Origin: Candidatus Omnitrophota bacterium
Lineage (GTDB): Bacteria; Omnitrophota; Gorgyraeia; Duberdicusellales; 4484-171
Assembly (NCBI GenBank): GCA_037146775.1
Contig: JBAWWL010000007.1
Span: 65,536 to 129,535 of the forward strand
Direction: 5' to 3'
DNA: 64,000 bases
How positions within the stretch are numbered: the first letter of the stretch is position 1; every line of letters starts with the position of its first letter. The notes under the pieces are model-generated. The model did no database searches, had not been told where the DNA came from, and worked only from the letters and a program-made list of their open reading frames with translations. A program made the position numbers and the translations under genes. Below are positions 29,967 through 40,197 of this stretch, one piece after another.

Positions 29967-30518
29967 ATGAATAAAAAACAAGTAGTAGTAATGTGTCTTT
30001 TTATCTCTCTTACTTCTTTTTGCACCACCGCATATCCAATCACCAATCCTACCATTAATTCTCAATCAAGCTATTACACCGACGAGCAATTACTGAACTT
30101 AGCAATCACCAAAGGTATTATTCCTAAAAACCGAGGCACAGATTACTTTGAGCAGGAATTAAAGAAAAAGAATTCTATAGCTATCTGGATTGTTTGGCCG
30201 AGAGAAGGCAAGATTGCTCTCGTAGACAGTCTTAAGAAAATTTTCTTAGAGAAAGAAGGGACTAAGATAAATAACCCTTCAGAATACTATGTGGATATAA
30301 TCAATACCGCACTTTATAACAGTATTTGCGAAAATAAATTGAAGAATACAAAAGGGATAAAAGCATTATTTGTGACAACAGTCTTAATGGAGGGTGATTT
30401 TGATAACGGTGAAGATAAGGTAGAGTTGCTTAAAAACCATTTAGGCGAAAAGCTATTTGAGGCTTACAAGAAAGAGTATCCTGAAAAATACCAATATTTA
30501 GTAGAAATGGCAAAATAG
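29967..30518 (+). CDS. secreted hypothetical protein
   Basis: N-terminal signal peptide (VVVMCLFISLTSFCTTAYP). Confidence 0.45.
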   Translation: MNKKQVVVMCLFISLTSFCTTAYPITNPTINSQSSYYTDEQLLNLAITKGIIPKNRGTDYFEQELKKKNSIAIWIVWPREGKIALVDSLKKIFLEKEGTKINNPSEYYVDIINTALYNSICENKLKNTKGIKALFVTTVLMEGDFDNGEDKVELLKNHLGEKLFEAYKKEYPEKYQYLVEMAK

Positions 30519-30595
30519 AATAACTTTTGTGGTGAAGAATGGGAACGCGAAAGAAGATTTATGATACGTTAGTAAGGTTAATATAAGAAAAGTAT

Positions 30596-31258
30596 ATGTC
30601 AAAAACCGATTTTCATAAAAAAAGCGAAGAAATCAAAGATACCATTTTACACAAAATAAAAGACTTTAATAGGGTTTACAGAAGTGGTCCGGATGTGTAT
30701 TTCTATAAAAGAGTGCTTAGTCTTAACAAACAAGCAGAAAAGCTAAGTGATTTTATAAATGATGACTATAATCTTGAGATTATCTATGCTACTTTGGTGG
30801 CTTGGGATATGAATTCCCGTGGTGCTAGAATGAAGTATTTCGATGATTTTAAAGAAAATATTTTGTACTTAACTAGCCAATTTCAAAAGCTATGGAAGAA
30901 AAATCTAGGTGAAGTGGTTGATTTTGAAGCCATACTAAATGTAGTAAGTGATGTATATGACAAGCTGCATATAATGAAAACAAATGGAAAATTAGTGTCT
31001 AATTCAAAATTACTTCATTTTTTATTTCCCCATCTATTGATGCCTATGGATAGAAGTAATACACTTATGTATTTTTATCGACATACCAATGAGTCAAAAG
31101 AGAAATATTTTGATTTAATAAGATGGTCTTATGATATGACAAAGAAAAGAGGTATAATCTGGTCTAGACACTTGGATGATCATTGGAATTCTACTATCCC
31201 GAAAATATTGGACAACGCCATAATTATCAAAAATAATAAATTTATTGGAGGTGTCTAA
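30596..31258 (+). CDS. hypothetical protein
   Basis: 220-aa ORF. Confidence 0.45.
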   Translation: MSKTDFHKKSEEIKDTILHKIKDFNRVYRSGPDVYFYKRVLSLNKQAEKLSDFINDDYNLEIIYATLVAWDMNSRGARMKYFDDFKENILYLTSQFQKLWKKNLGEVVDFEAILNVVSDVYDKLHIMKTNGKLVSNSKLLHFLFPHLLMPMDRSNTLMYFYRHTNESKEKYFDLIRWSYDMTKKRGIIWSRHLDDHWNSTIPKILDNAIIIKNNKFIGGV

Positions 31259-31845
31259 TGCCTGTTTTACATAAATATAGCGAAAGGTTGGGATATTACG
31301 TTTTAGCGAATATCAAGGGGAATATCGTTACTTTCCAGACGACCGAAGCCGGAGTATCGCGTCTTAAGGAAGCAGGATATAAGAGTGAGCAGAAATTTCC
31401 TCTCCAGATTCTCGTAGACCTAGTAAGATCCGGAGATGTTTTTACTTACGGATCTGGGGCGGTAAAAGTTTCCGATCCAAAACAACTAAAGTTTGAAGAT
31501 CTTGCCCCCGCTCCGGAAGTAGAAAAACTTTTTCCTCAATGCGATAAATGCGGATCGTTTGACGATCTTAGGTTGATTGTTGTAGGGCCTTCTAAGGAAA
31601 AAGAGTCAAAAATGCTCTGTGAAGTTTGTGCGTTGAAATTGGATTTAAAAGTACAGGCCAATATTCCCGTTTCAATATTAACACATACCTCACTCAATCT
31701 ATTGATAGAACAGCAAAGCTTAAATATCGAAGATAAAAGTATCAAGGCGCTCAAAGACTGGTTTGCAGCCGAGATGTCAAAGTTTTGGAAGGAGCATTCG
31801 AAGAAAAGAAAAAGTCAGCAAACCTCTTTTGATTTTAAGGTTTAA
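31258..31845 (+). CDS. hypothetical protein with a zinc-ribbon-like Cys4 (CDKCGS...CEVC)
   Basis: start overlaps the stop of the previous gene. Confidence 0.45.
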   Translation: MPVLHKYSERLGYYVLANIKGNIVTFQTTEAGVSRLKEAGYKSEQKFPLQILVDLVRSGDVFTYGSGAVKVSDPKQLKFEDLAPAPEVEKLFPQCDKCGSFDDLRLIVVGPSKEKESKMLCEVCALKLDLKVQANIPVSILTHTSLNLLIEQQSLNIEDKSIKALKDWFAAEMSKFWKEHSKKRKSQQTSFDFKV

Positions 31846-31935
31846 CACAGCAGATTGCGGGTAGTTCTATGAAAACAATTGATTACAAGAATTAGTAATT
31901 CCAGCGACATGGTAATTAATTAAGGAGGCGTTAAG

Positions 31936-32421
31936 ATGAAAAACATAATTCTGCTTTTATCTGTTTCGGTAATATTAACGATCAGCCCAGTTATTTCTTA
32001 TGTTTATAGCGAAGACGAGGGAGAGGGCGAATATCTCGGTGAATATAGCCAGAATTCTTTAGACCCGGATTCAACAAGTAACTCTATCGGGCAATACGGC
32101 AGCAAAATATCACCGAAGAGCATAAATAACCCTATAGGCGAATATGGAAGCTCAATCAGCTCTCATAGCGTAAATAATTCTCTTGCTACAGATACGCCGA
32201 AACTATATAGCCAAGACGGAAAGTATCTTGGGAAGGTAAGTAGCAATACGTTGGATCCTGATTCAATAAGTAATCCTATCGGAAGATACGGCAGTTCCAT
32301 ATCGCCTGACAGCGTGAATAATCCTATCGGCCGTTATGGAAGTAAGATTAGCCCGGAAAGCGCAAATAATCCTTTGGCTACTAAAGCGCCAAGAATAATT
32401 TATGATGGAGATAATGACTAA
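31936..32421 (+). CDS. secreted protein with five internal 'S.SNPIG.YGS.ISP.S.NNP' repeats
   Basis: signal peptide; approx. 20-aa repeat, five copies. Confidence 0.5.
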   Translation: MKNIILLLSVSVILTISPVISYVYSEDEGEGEYLGEYSQNSLDPDSTSNSIGQYGSKISPKSINNPIGEYGSSISSHSVNNSLATDTPKLYSQDGKYLGKVSSNTLDPDSISNPIGRYGSSISPDSVNNPIGRYGSKISPESANNPLATKAPRIIYDGDND

Positions 32422-33365
32422 TGAAAAAAACATTTATTTTCCTTACTTTTATTTTTATTGCTCACCTTTCTTTTGCCTATGAAGATAGTTACTATTCAAC
32501 GCTTTACGAAAAGGCGTCTCAAGCCATACAAAAAGGTAACGAAGAGGATGCTGATTTTTACCTAGCGCGATATATGGGGACGAGTTTCTTAGATAAAGAA
32601 TCCAAAAAAGATATTACCGATCTTTCCCCCCTATTTAATTCATATAAGGTTTCGAAACCCACTGCTTTTATTTCTGGAAGATATTCAGCTGATTTTATTG
32701 ATTGGTTCATCCAGAGTTCTATTGCCCAGTGGGGAGGTGACGATGACGAAGATATAGACCCGAAAACCCATTCTTTTGGTATAGTTTCAAGTGAAAGTAA
32801 CGTATATTTTGCCACAGTTATAGGAAGTCCTTATCTTGAGGGATGGAGTATTATCAAAGATAAAGATATGAAAAAAACAGTTCTTGTCTTAATAGATTAT
32901 AGGCAGAAACCATATCTTGTTGTTGGGAAACATGAAAAAGGTATCCCAAAGAAACTTCTTGAGAAGAAAGAATTTGATTTAGATGAATTTCATCTACAGT
33001 ATGTGTGGCCCCCAGAGTTCCATGATTTAGACAAGGATGGAAAAGATGAATTGTGGGTACGATACAATAAAGCATGGGCGGATGGTTTCTCGCAGGAGTT
33101 AGTTATTTATAAGATAAAAGACAATGGATTGGAGTTGATCAAGAAGTTTGAAGGCGAGGCCGAAGGCATAGCAAGAAGATTGGATGGTAATAAAGTAGAA
33201 GTGGGTCGCGGATTTACTGATAAGAACGCTGGTCATCTAGAATTTGATCAGCATCATCTAGAAACCTGGGAATATAAAAATGGTAATTTTGTAAAGACTT
33301 CCGAAAGGAATGTTCCGCATCTTCTTTGGTCGGATGAATGGAAAAAGTACTACTTTAATAAATAA
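32421..33365 (+). CDS. secreted hypothetical protein
   Basis: signal peptide (FIFLTFIFIAHLSFA). Confidence 0.5.
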   Translation: MKKTFIFLTFIFIAHLSFAYEDSYYSTLYEKASQAIQKGNEEDADFYLARYMGTSFLDKESKKDITDLSPLFNSYKVSKPTAFISGRYSADFIDWFIQSSIAQWGGDDDEDIDPKTHSFGIVSSESNVYFATVIGSPYLEGWSIIKDKDMKKTVLVLIDYRQKPYLVVGKHEKGIPKKLLEKKEFDLDEFHLQYVWPPEFHDLDKDGKDELWVRYNKAWADGFSQELVIYKIKDNGLELIKKFEGEAEGIARRLDGNKVEVGRGFTDKNAGHLEFDQHHLETWEYKNGNFVKTSERNVPHLLWSDEWKKYYFNK

Positions 33366-34791
33366 CTTCGGAGGATCTATGAAAAAGTTAGCAATTATAT
33401 CGCTATTAGTTTTATTACCTTTTGGATTATTTGCATATTCTATGTCAACAACCTATGAGGCAGTTGAGCAACTTGGCTATTTGGATAAACAGCTCCGTGC
33501 AATTATGACTGATGTAGAATTGTGGCTTGGGTGGGGGTTTGAAGAAAAAGATTTGGGTAAAAAAGTTATGGAATCAGCCCTTAAAGATTTATCTGATTTA
33601 AAGAAAGAAATCTCAGCCTTTGAGGTTACGGGAGAGTTAACCAGTATCAAGGATTTGGAATTGGGAGCAATAAATCGTCTTGAGAAAATTTATAGTGATA
33701 TTTATAAGAAAGACGAAAAGCAGATAGGTGAAGAGTTTAAGACATTCCATGAGTTTAGCAAGAAGTACCTTGTTGATTTTGAAGCAGCCGTAAAAAAATA
33801 TGCCCGTCAACCCAAGTTTCCCAAAGACTTTAATCCTATTTCGGAAGAGCTAGCCCTTGCGGGAAGTTCGCAGGATAAGGAAGCTTACCAAAAAGCTATT
33901 GATAAAATGCAACAAAGAAAGTTTAAGGACGCAGCTCTATTATTAAAGGATTTATTATCAAAATATCACGAAACTGCTTTTGGAGATTGCATTAAGGTCA
34001 GATTGTCTGATTGTTGGCTGAACGAAGACAATGACTCTAAGGACATATTCACAACAGAAGAGCAAGACAAAGGGGTCAAATTTCTTAAAGACATTATAGA
34101 CAGCAACAGATATTCACCAGTTCTATATAATACATTTCTTCGCTGGCGTACAAAAGAACAAGAAATGAATCACGGAATGTCTAATATGTCTGATATACCT
34201 AACAAGGAATACAATAAGAAGCGATGGTTGCTAGTTCAAGTTATACGGCGCTACTTAAAGAGTAATCCTAGTGATAAGTGGGCCATGAATCAGATCAATC
34301 TACTCATTAGCATCCCTAATATTGAACGCGGTGGTACTTACGGTAACTATAATCTCAATTACTACGGAATGTTGTATATGGATTTAGAAAAGGAAGAGAA
34401 AAAACCTTCCGCAGAATCGCGATTTAAGAAAGTGGTTGATTCTCAAGGTAATGCTTATGAGGTTGCTGAGAATGGGGATATTTACTCTGAAGGAGCACCC
34501 AAGCCAGGTCGCCAGCCTGCTTCAGTAGAGAATATTGACTATTATTTTAATGAGTCATTACAGTTGGAAGTGAATGGTCATATCCCTGAAGCATTTACGA
34601 TGTATGCGGAAATCCTATCTCTGCCCGAGGCAAATGAATCAGTTAAAACTTTGCAACGTGGAATTAGGCTAAGGATAGAAAGATTATATAATAGTGATGG
34701 TCAGATGAAGAAAAAGCTTTTAATGTACTTTGATATAAAAGAATTGAAAGATGGTAGCCTTAAAATTAACCCGAAATCTAATCCTAAATAA
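33310..34791 (+). CDS. secreted hypothetical protein (likely true start approx. 33379, MKKLAIISLL...)
   Basis: signal peptide follows the internal Met with RBS 'ggagg'. Confidence 0.5.
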   Translation: MFRIFFGRMNGKSTTLINNFGGSMKKLAIISLLVLLPFGLFAYSMSTTYEAVEQLGYLDKQLRAIMTDVELWLGWGFEEKDLGKKVMESALKDLSDLKKEISAFEVTGELTSIKDLELGAINRLEKIYSDIYKKDEKQIGEEFKTFHEFSKKYLVDFEAAVKKYARQPKFPKDFNPISEELALAGSSQDKEAYQKAIDKMQQRKFKDAALLLKDLLSKYHETAFGDCIKVRLSDCWLNEDNDSKDIFTTEEQDKGVKFLKDIIDSNRYSPVLYNTFLRWRTKEQEMNHGMSNMSDIPNKEYNKKRWLLVQVIRRYLKSNPSDKWAMNQINLLISIPNIERGGTYGNYNLNYYGMLYMDLEKEEKKPSAESRFKKVVDSQGNAYEVAENGDIYSEGAPKPGRQPASVENIDYYFNESLQLEVNGHIPEAFTMYAEILSLPEANESVKTLQRGIRLRIERLYNSDGQMKKKLLMYFDIKELKDGSLKINPKSNPK

Positions 34792-34810
34792 AAGTATGAA
34801 GCGCTCGGTA

Positions 34811-35240
34811 CAAAATTGAAGCTGAAGCCCGATGTCCACCTAAAAGAGGCGGACATGCCTTATCTATCTCTGCTATAATGAATTACACCAATTTATCTCC
34901 AGAAATAGCGGACATTTTGGACAAATATCGCCGATAAGCCAACCTCTAAAGTCTACAATTTCCTTGTTATTTGCCAGAATCGTACCTATAATAATGATTA
35001 CACAGTAAGAGATTCTCTTATTCCTGTGCCATCTAAGCGGAGTTTTGCTTAATACCCTCCATCGTTTAATGGAGGGTATTTTTTTGTAAAAACTCCCCGG
35101 GTAGGGCGAAGAATCCCGAGGAGCTTCTTGTAAATTTAATTTGTAAATTTACAAGATATATATGGGCGAGTCGGGAGAGAGCCAGCGTTTGCAGCTTTTG
35201 ACTTTATAACCCTCTGTGATAGTATATTGCAGAGGGTTTT
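34811..35240. repeat. approx. 330-bp structured intergenic element, copy 1 (5' hairpin ATGTCCACCTaaaagAGGCGGACAT + core + extra terminator-like hairpins + short CTCTGTGATA..CAGAGGG palindrome)
   Basis: core approx. 85-90 % identical to 39235..39572, 49904..50217 and 57313..57568. Confidence 0.8.
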
Positions 35241-35273
35241 ATATTGATTGAATAATAAGAAAAAAAGGGGTGT

Positions 35274-36506
35274 ATGAATAAAAAAATAAGTGTTATTTTG
35301 CCGTTGATGTTTTTGTTTATTTCTTCATCAATCTTTGCCGAAACTACCATTCTTAAATCAGGCAAAACTATAGAAGGCAAGATACTTGATAAAACAGATA
35401 AATACATCAAGGTAGATACCGAAGGTGTACCTATAACCTACTATCTTGAAGATATTGCAAGTATTGATGGGAAAGCCATAAACACATTCAAACAGCATTC
35501 TCCCGACCAAACATTTGTTCCTTTAACTGCCAATAGTGCCGAAGAATATGTTAAAAACGGCGTTGCCCAATACAAACAAGGTAACATTCCTCGAGCCATA
35601 TCCGATTTTAGCAAAGCTATCGAAATTAACCCCAACCTTATAGGCGCTTATTGTGGGCGCGGTATCGCTTATGCCTCGCAAGGCAATTTTTCCACAGCCA
35701 TTTCAAATTATAATAAAGCTATTGAGATAGATCCTAAATATCCCAGAGCTTATAACTATCGCGGTTCTGCCTATGCTCTGCAAGGCGATTTTGCCAAAGC
35801 TATCTCTGATCTAAATAAAGCCATTGAGATAGACCCTAGCTATGCACAGGCATATTGTGAGCGTGGGCTTGCTTATAAAGGACAAAACAATTTTGCCCAA
35901 GCCATATCAGATTACACCAAAACTATTGAAATAGATCCTAAGTATGTAGAAGCTTATAATTATCGTGGGCTTATTTATTTCGCAGAAGGCAATTTCACTC
36001 AAGCTATTTCAGACTATACCAAGGCTATCGAGGTAGATCCTAACTATGCAGAGGCCTATTACGACCGTGGTCTTGCCTACAAAGAACAAAACAATTTTGT
36101 CCAAGCCATCTCTGATTTTAACAAAGCCATTGAAGTAAATCCTAAATATGTAAATGCTTATTGTGGGCGTGCTCTTGCCTATGGTTTGCAAGGCAATTAT
36201 ACTAAAGCCGTTTTTGATTTTGATAAAGCGATTGAAATAGATCCTAACTATGCAGGTGCCTATGAGTATCGTGGGCTTCTCTATGCCAGACAAGGCAATT
36301 TTGCCAAAGCTATCTCTGACCTAAATAAAGCCATTGAGATAGATCCTAAATATGTAAATACCTATAAAGATCGTAGTATCGTCTATTTTAAGCAGAAAGA
36401 TTTTGCTAAAGCCTGGGAAGATGTACACAAGGTTGAGAGTTTAGGGGATAAGGTTGACCCTGGGTTTATTGAAATGCTTAAAAAAGCCTCTGGTAGGGAA
36501 AAATAG
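35274..36506 (+). CDS. TPR-repeat protein with signal peptide
   Basis: at least 9 tandem TPRs (AISD..KAIEIDP.Y..AY..RG.AY). Confidence 0.8.
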   Translation: MNKKISVILPLMFLFISSSIFAETTILKSGKTIEGKILDKTDKYIKVDTEGVPITYYLEDIASIDGKAINTFKQHSPDQTFVPLTANSAEEYVKNGVAQYKQGNIPRAISDFSKAIEINPNLIGAYCGRGIAYASQGNFSTAISNYNKAIEIDPKYPRAYNYRGSAYALQGDFAKAISDLNKAIEIDPSYAQAYCERGLAYKGQNNFAQAISDYTKTIEIDPKYVEAYNYRGLIYFAEGNFTQAISDYTKAIEVDPNYAEAYYDRGLAYKEQNNFVQAISDFNKAIEVNPKYVNAYCGRALAYGLQGNYTKAVFDFDKAIEIDPNYAGAYEYRGLLYARQGNFAKAISDLNKAIEIDPKYVNTYKDRSIVYFKQKDFAKAWEDVHKVESLGDKVDPGFIEMLKKASGREK

Positions 36507-36612
36507 ACTTACTTTATCGACAAAACTAATAATTTCTTATCAATCTTTTCCGCTTCTTCTAGCATTAACCAGTTACAAAATTCGTCCAACCCGGGGAGCC
36601 ATAAAAAAATTA

Positions 36613-36645
36613 CCCCACCCATTTCGGGTGGGGTTTATTTTTTAT
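36613..36645 (+). terminator. rho-independent terminator
   Basis: 'ccccacccatttcgggtggggtttatttttt'. Confidence 0.7.
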
Positions 36646-36771
36646 GTTTCTTTAGATTGGTTCGAACCTCTGTGAGAGTCTAAACGAAACTTAGGGTTTT
36701 GAAGCGAAGCACACAAAATTCCTTAGTTGAGTTATCCTCTGTGAGGGCTATCTGGGTAGCTATTGCCTTCT

Positions 36772-36862
36772 TAACCCTCTGTGATAATATAGTGCCAGTT
36801 TCACCGCAAAGTGATTGACTAGGCTAACAGGTCACCCTGTTGAGTAGACAGCCAGAGGGATT
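36772..36862 (+). promoter_or_regulatory. long version of the palindromic promoter-associated motif (AACCCTCTGTGATAATATAgtGCC...CAGAGGG) upstream of 36900
   Basis: same motif as at 39484..39572 and 50127..50217; contains the extended -10-like 'TGTGATAAT'. Confidence 0.5.
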
Positions 36863-36899
36863 TTTATTTAGGGTAAAATAATAAAAACGGAGGTGCGTT

Positions 36900-37313
36900 A
36901 TGAAGATAGAAAAAATAATTATTACGGCACTGGCGGTTTCGCTGTTCGGTGCGATTTTTTCAGGCGTTACCTGTGGATGGTTGTTTAATTGGGTATATAA
37001 ACTTGAGCCGACAAATGTTTGGAAGCCGATGGATGGCCCGCCTGACTTAATATTTTACATAGGAAGTTTCTTGCTCAACATAGTTCTCGCAGTTGTTTAT
37101 GCGTTACTCCGCAATGGTATTCCTGGGAAAAATAAATTAACCAAAGGCCTCATTTTCGGATTATGTGTTTGGGCTGTTGGTATGTTACCCGGGATGTTTT
37201 CAACCTATTCTTTTATGACAGTGGCTATTGGCACTGTCATTTATTGGACTATTTTAGGTTTGGTTGAAATACCGATTAAAGGTCTAATAATCGCTGCCAT
37301 ATACGGCGAATAA
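36900..37313 (+). CDS. small integral membrane protein
   Basis: four predicted hydrophobic helices; RBS 'aacggaggtg'. Confidence 0.5.
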   Translation: MKIEKIIITALAVSLFGAIFSGVTCGWLFNWVYKLEPTNVWKPMDGPPDLIFYIGSFLLNIVLAVVYALLRNGIPGKNKLTKGLIFGLCVWAVGMLPGMFSTYSFMTVAIGTVIYWTILGLVEIPIKGLIIAAIYGE

Positions 37314-37443
37314 TGGATTATTATGCAGTTTTTCCATTTCCCCAAACATCAACCAGTTGCGAAATTTGTCCCTGCCTACCGACAGGCAGACAATCAGGGG
37401 AGCCATGTCTTTTTACTATCCGAAATTTTCGGATATATAAAAA

Positions 37444-37476
37444 AACCCTCAAACCGGAAAGATTGAGGGTTTTTTA
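37444..37476 (+). terminator. rho-independent terminator
   Basis: 'aaccctcaaaccggaaagattgagggtttttt'. Confidence 0.7.
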
Positions 37477-37611
37477 ATTTTTGACCTAGAAAATAATCGC
37501 AATAAATACCTCCGTAAATATAGCTTGAAAAGGTACCAGTTTCGATATATATAATATGGTAGAATAATCGTAAGATTATAAATTTTCTATTCTTTAGAAA
37601 GGAGAATTGAT

Positions 37612-39153
37612 ATGTTACGTAAAATCATAATTATAAGTTTAGCTGTTTTAGCCGTGACGAATTGTATAGCTTCCCTTAAAACATATGCCGCTGTCCCAAA
37701 AGACATACTTAAAGTTCAAGATCCTAAAATAAAACCGATCAAGGATGGGCAAGACAAAAAGCCTCCATTGCCGGATCTGGTTGCCGCATATGTCGATCTC
37801 AGACCTTGGGGTGGAGGCGGCGAGCGTCCGATCTCTACCGGTGCCAACTGTGGCATCACCGGCTCTATCCGCAATAACGGCGCCGAAATGGCGCGTAATG
37901 TTAATTACGAGCTATTGCTGGATGGGCGAGTTATCCACAGTGGCCGGGTAGACATTATGGGCGGCGCGAGCGTACAGGTGAATAGTGAATTTAATCTTGC
38001 GTTCAATGAGCCCGGCAATCCGGAAGTCACGCTGGTAGTGGATGGACGAGGCGATATTGCCGAGAGCAATGAATCGAACAATAGAGTGAGCCGGCGAGCT
38101 ACGGTGCAGAATTTAGATGATCTTGTGGAGGTGACCGGGGTTGAATTTATGGTTAATGGACGGGCAGTTGAAGAAACTATTGTTGGTCAGAGCGGCACGC
38201 TTAGGGTTCGGGTGCGTAACAACAGCCGCCAGGCGCTGAGTAATGTGAGTGTTTCAGGAAGACTGCAAGATACGCAGGATCAGTTCCAAAGGCTTGATCT
38301 GGCGCCTAACCAGGAACAGCAAATAGAGTTTTCTAATTTAAGTTTCCGGAGTCCGGGCGATAAACTCATAACCGGCAGAGCTTCGCTGTCGAACAACCGC
38401 GAGGACGCTAATCCCCGCAATGATTGGATGCAGCGGGGGATGACCGTACGGATGAACGAGAATAGGGAGCCGGATCTGGTTGCCGCATATGTCGATCTCA
38501 GACCTTGGGGTGGAGGCGGCGAGCGTCCGATCTCTACCGGTGCCAACTGTGGCATCACCGGCTCTATCCGCAATAACGGCGCCGAAATGGCGCGTAATGT
38601 TAATTACGAGCTATTGCTGGATGGGCGAGTTATCCACAGTGGCCGGGTAGACATTATGGGCGGCGCGAGCGTACAGGTGAATAGTGAATTTAATCTTGCG
38701 TTCAATGAGCCCGGCAATCCGGAAGTCACGCTGGTAGTGGATGGACGAGGCGATATTGCCGAGAGCAATGAATCGAACAATAGAGTGAGCCGGCGAGCTA
38801 CGGTGCAGAATTTAGATGATCTTGTGGAGGTGACCGGGGTTGAATTTATGGTTAATGGACGGGCAGTTGAAGAAACTATTGTTGGTCAGAGCGGCACGCT
38901 TAGGGTTCGGGTGCGTAACAACAGCCGCCAGGCGCTGAGTAATGTGAGTGTTTCAGGAAGACTGCAAGATACGCAGGATCAGTTCCAAAGGCTTGATCTG
39001 GCGCCTAACCAGGAACAGCAAATAGAGTTTTCTAATTTAAGTTTCCGGAGTCCGGGCGATAAACTCATAACCGGCAGAGCTTCGCTGTCGAACAACCGCG
39101 AGGACGCTAATCCCCGCAATGATTGGATGCAGCGGGGGATGACCGTACGCTAA
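37612..39153 (+). CDS. secreted CARDB-domain protein containing a perfect 699-bp (233-aa) tandem duplication
   Basis: signal peptide; 'PDLVAAYVDLRP...VVDGRGDIAESNESNN' is the CARDB end-motif; 37771..38469 is identical to 38470..39153; GC approx. 55 % against approx. 36 % in the flanks. Confidence 0.65.
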   Translation: MLRKIIIISLAVLAVTNCIASLKTYAAVPKDILKVQDPKIKPIKDGQDKKPPLPDLVAAYVDLRPWGGGGERPISTGANCGITGSIRNNGAEMARNVNYELLLDGRVIHSGRVDIMGGASVQVNSEFNLAFNEPGNPEVTLVVDGRGDIAESNESNNRVSRRATVQNLDDLVEVTGVEFMVNGRAVEETIVGQSGTLRVRVRNNSRQALSNVSVSGRLQDTQDQFQRLDLAPNQEQQIEFSNLSFRSPGDKLITGRASLSNNREDANPRNDWMQRGMTVRMNENREPDLVAAYVDLRPWGGGGERPISTGANCGITGSIRNNGAEMARNVNYELLLDGRVIHSGRVDIMGGASVQVNSEFNLAFNEPGNPEVTLVVDGRGDIAESNESNNRVSRRATVQNLDDLVEVTGVEFMVNGRAVEETIVGQSGTLRVRVRNNSRQALSNVSVSGRLQDTQDQFQRLDLAPNQEQQIEFSNLSFRSPGDKLITGRASLSNNREDANPRNDWMQRGMTVR

Positions 39154-39234
39154 AGGCAAATGGAATATAGGAGAAAATATAGAGTAAGGGGCACATAGAA
39201 CGGTATAGCTGGGTTAGACCTTGCCCTGGCCGTT

Positions 39235-39572
39235 ACAAAAATTGAAACTTGAAGCCAAATGTCCACCTAAAAGAGGCGGACATGCCTTATCTATCTCTGC
39301 TGTAACGAATTACGCCGATTTATCTCTAGGAATGACGGACATTTTGGACAAACATTGACCATAAGTCAACCTCTAAAGCCTACAATTTCTTTGTTATTTG
39401 CCCAAATTATACCTATAATAATAGCTGTAGCAGTAAGAGATTTTCTTATTCCTGTGCCACCCAAGCGGAGTTTGTCTTTTTAACCCTCTGTGATAATATA
39501 TTGCCAGCCTTGCTGCAAAGTGATTGGCTATGCCAACAGGCCACCCTGTTGGTAGGCGGGCAGAGGGTTTTG
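39235..39572. repeat. approx. 330-bp structured intergenic element, copy 2
   Basis: see 34811..35240; ends with the long palindromic promoter-like module. Confidence 0.8.
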
Positions 39573-39617
39573 TTATTTTAGAACGGAAGAGGTAGAATTA
39601 AAAAAAAGGAGTTACGA

Positions 39618-39971
39618 GTGTGGGATAGAATTGATCGGAGAGAGTACCAAAGATTAATAGGCGAATATTTTGTTTACTATAAAATTAAAGATTCATCAGG
39701 AAGCTATAATCTCACTCGTACCAAAAATATCAGCAAAGGAGGTATGTTGCTTTCAGTGAATGAGCCTTTTGAAAAAGGAAAGAGTATGGCACTCATCATA
39801 AAAGGCCCTTTTGTCTTGGGAGCTGCCATAGAGACGACGGGGGTAGTTATTGAATCCAGAAAAATTGACAGAGGTTCTATTTATGAAACAAGAATTAAAT
39901 TTTCTAATATCAACGCAAAATTTCTCGACAAATTAGATGAATTTATCAAACGAAATTCCAAAGGTCGTTAG
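39618..39971 (+). CDS. PilZ-domain protein (putative c-di-GMP binding)
   Basis: 'RREYQR' (RxxxR) and 'TKNISKGGMLL' (D/NxSxxG) motifs. Confidence 0.55.
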   Translation: MWDRIDRREYQRLIGEYFVYYKIKDSSGSYNLTRTKNISKGGMLLSVNEPFEKGKSMALIIKGPFVLGAAIETTGVVIESRKIDRGSIYETRIKFSNINAKFLDKLDEFIKRNSKGR

Positions 39972-39973
39972 AG

Positions 39974-40067
39974 AAAAAAGAGATAGCGGGGTCAGACCTT
40001 CAGATGTCAGATAGATTGACAAAAAAGAGATAGCGGGGTCAGACCTTCAGATGTCAGATAGATTGAC
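39974..40067. repeat. 47-nt tandem direct repeat x2 (aaaaaagagatagcggggtcagaccttcagatgtcagatagattgac)
   Basis: two perfect units; the 'ggggtcagaccttcagatgtcagatagattg' core recurs at 42737, 44372 and, inverted, at 57105. Confidence 0.85.
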
Positions 40068-40070
40068 AAA

Positions 40071-40165
40071 GACCAAAAAATAAAATAGGGTCAGAGTCGT
40101 TTTGCTAAAGAGAGTGGAATAAATATCAGCTTCTAATTTTTGAAAATATAATTTCAATTTTCGCT
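40071..40165. repeat. approx. 95-nt dispersed repeat (gaccaaaaaataaaatagggtcagag...aatataatttcaa)
   Basis: approx. 90 % identical to 57015..57105. Confidence 0.75.
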
Positions 40166-40197
40166 TCGCGGCAACCCAAGGAAAAAACTTAAATATA

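Noticed and set aside
37771-39153. Repeat region that could be mistaken for CRISPR, a satellite, or two separate genes
   Set aside because: The period is 699 bp, in frame, inside a single ORF. It is an intragenic tandem duplication of a CARDB-domain segment.
39974-40067. Possible CRISPR array (repeated 47-nt unit)
   Set aside because: Only two directly abutting identical units with no spacers. The core motif is a dispersed repeat found at several other loci, and there are no cas genes.
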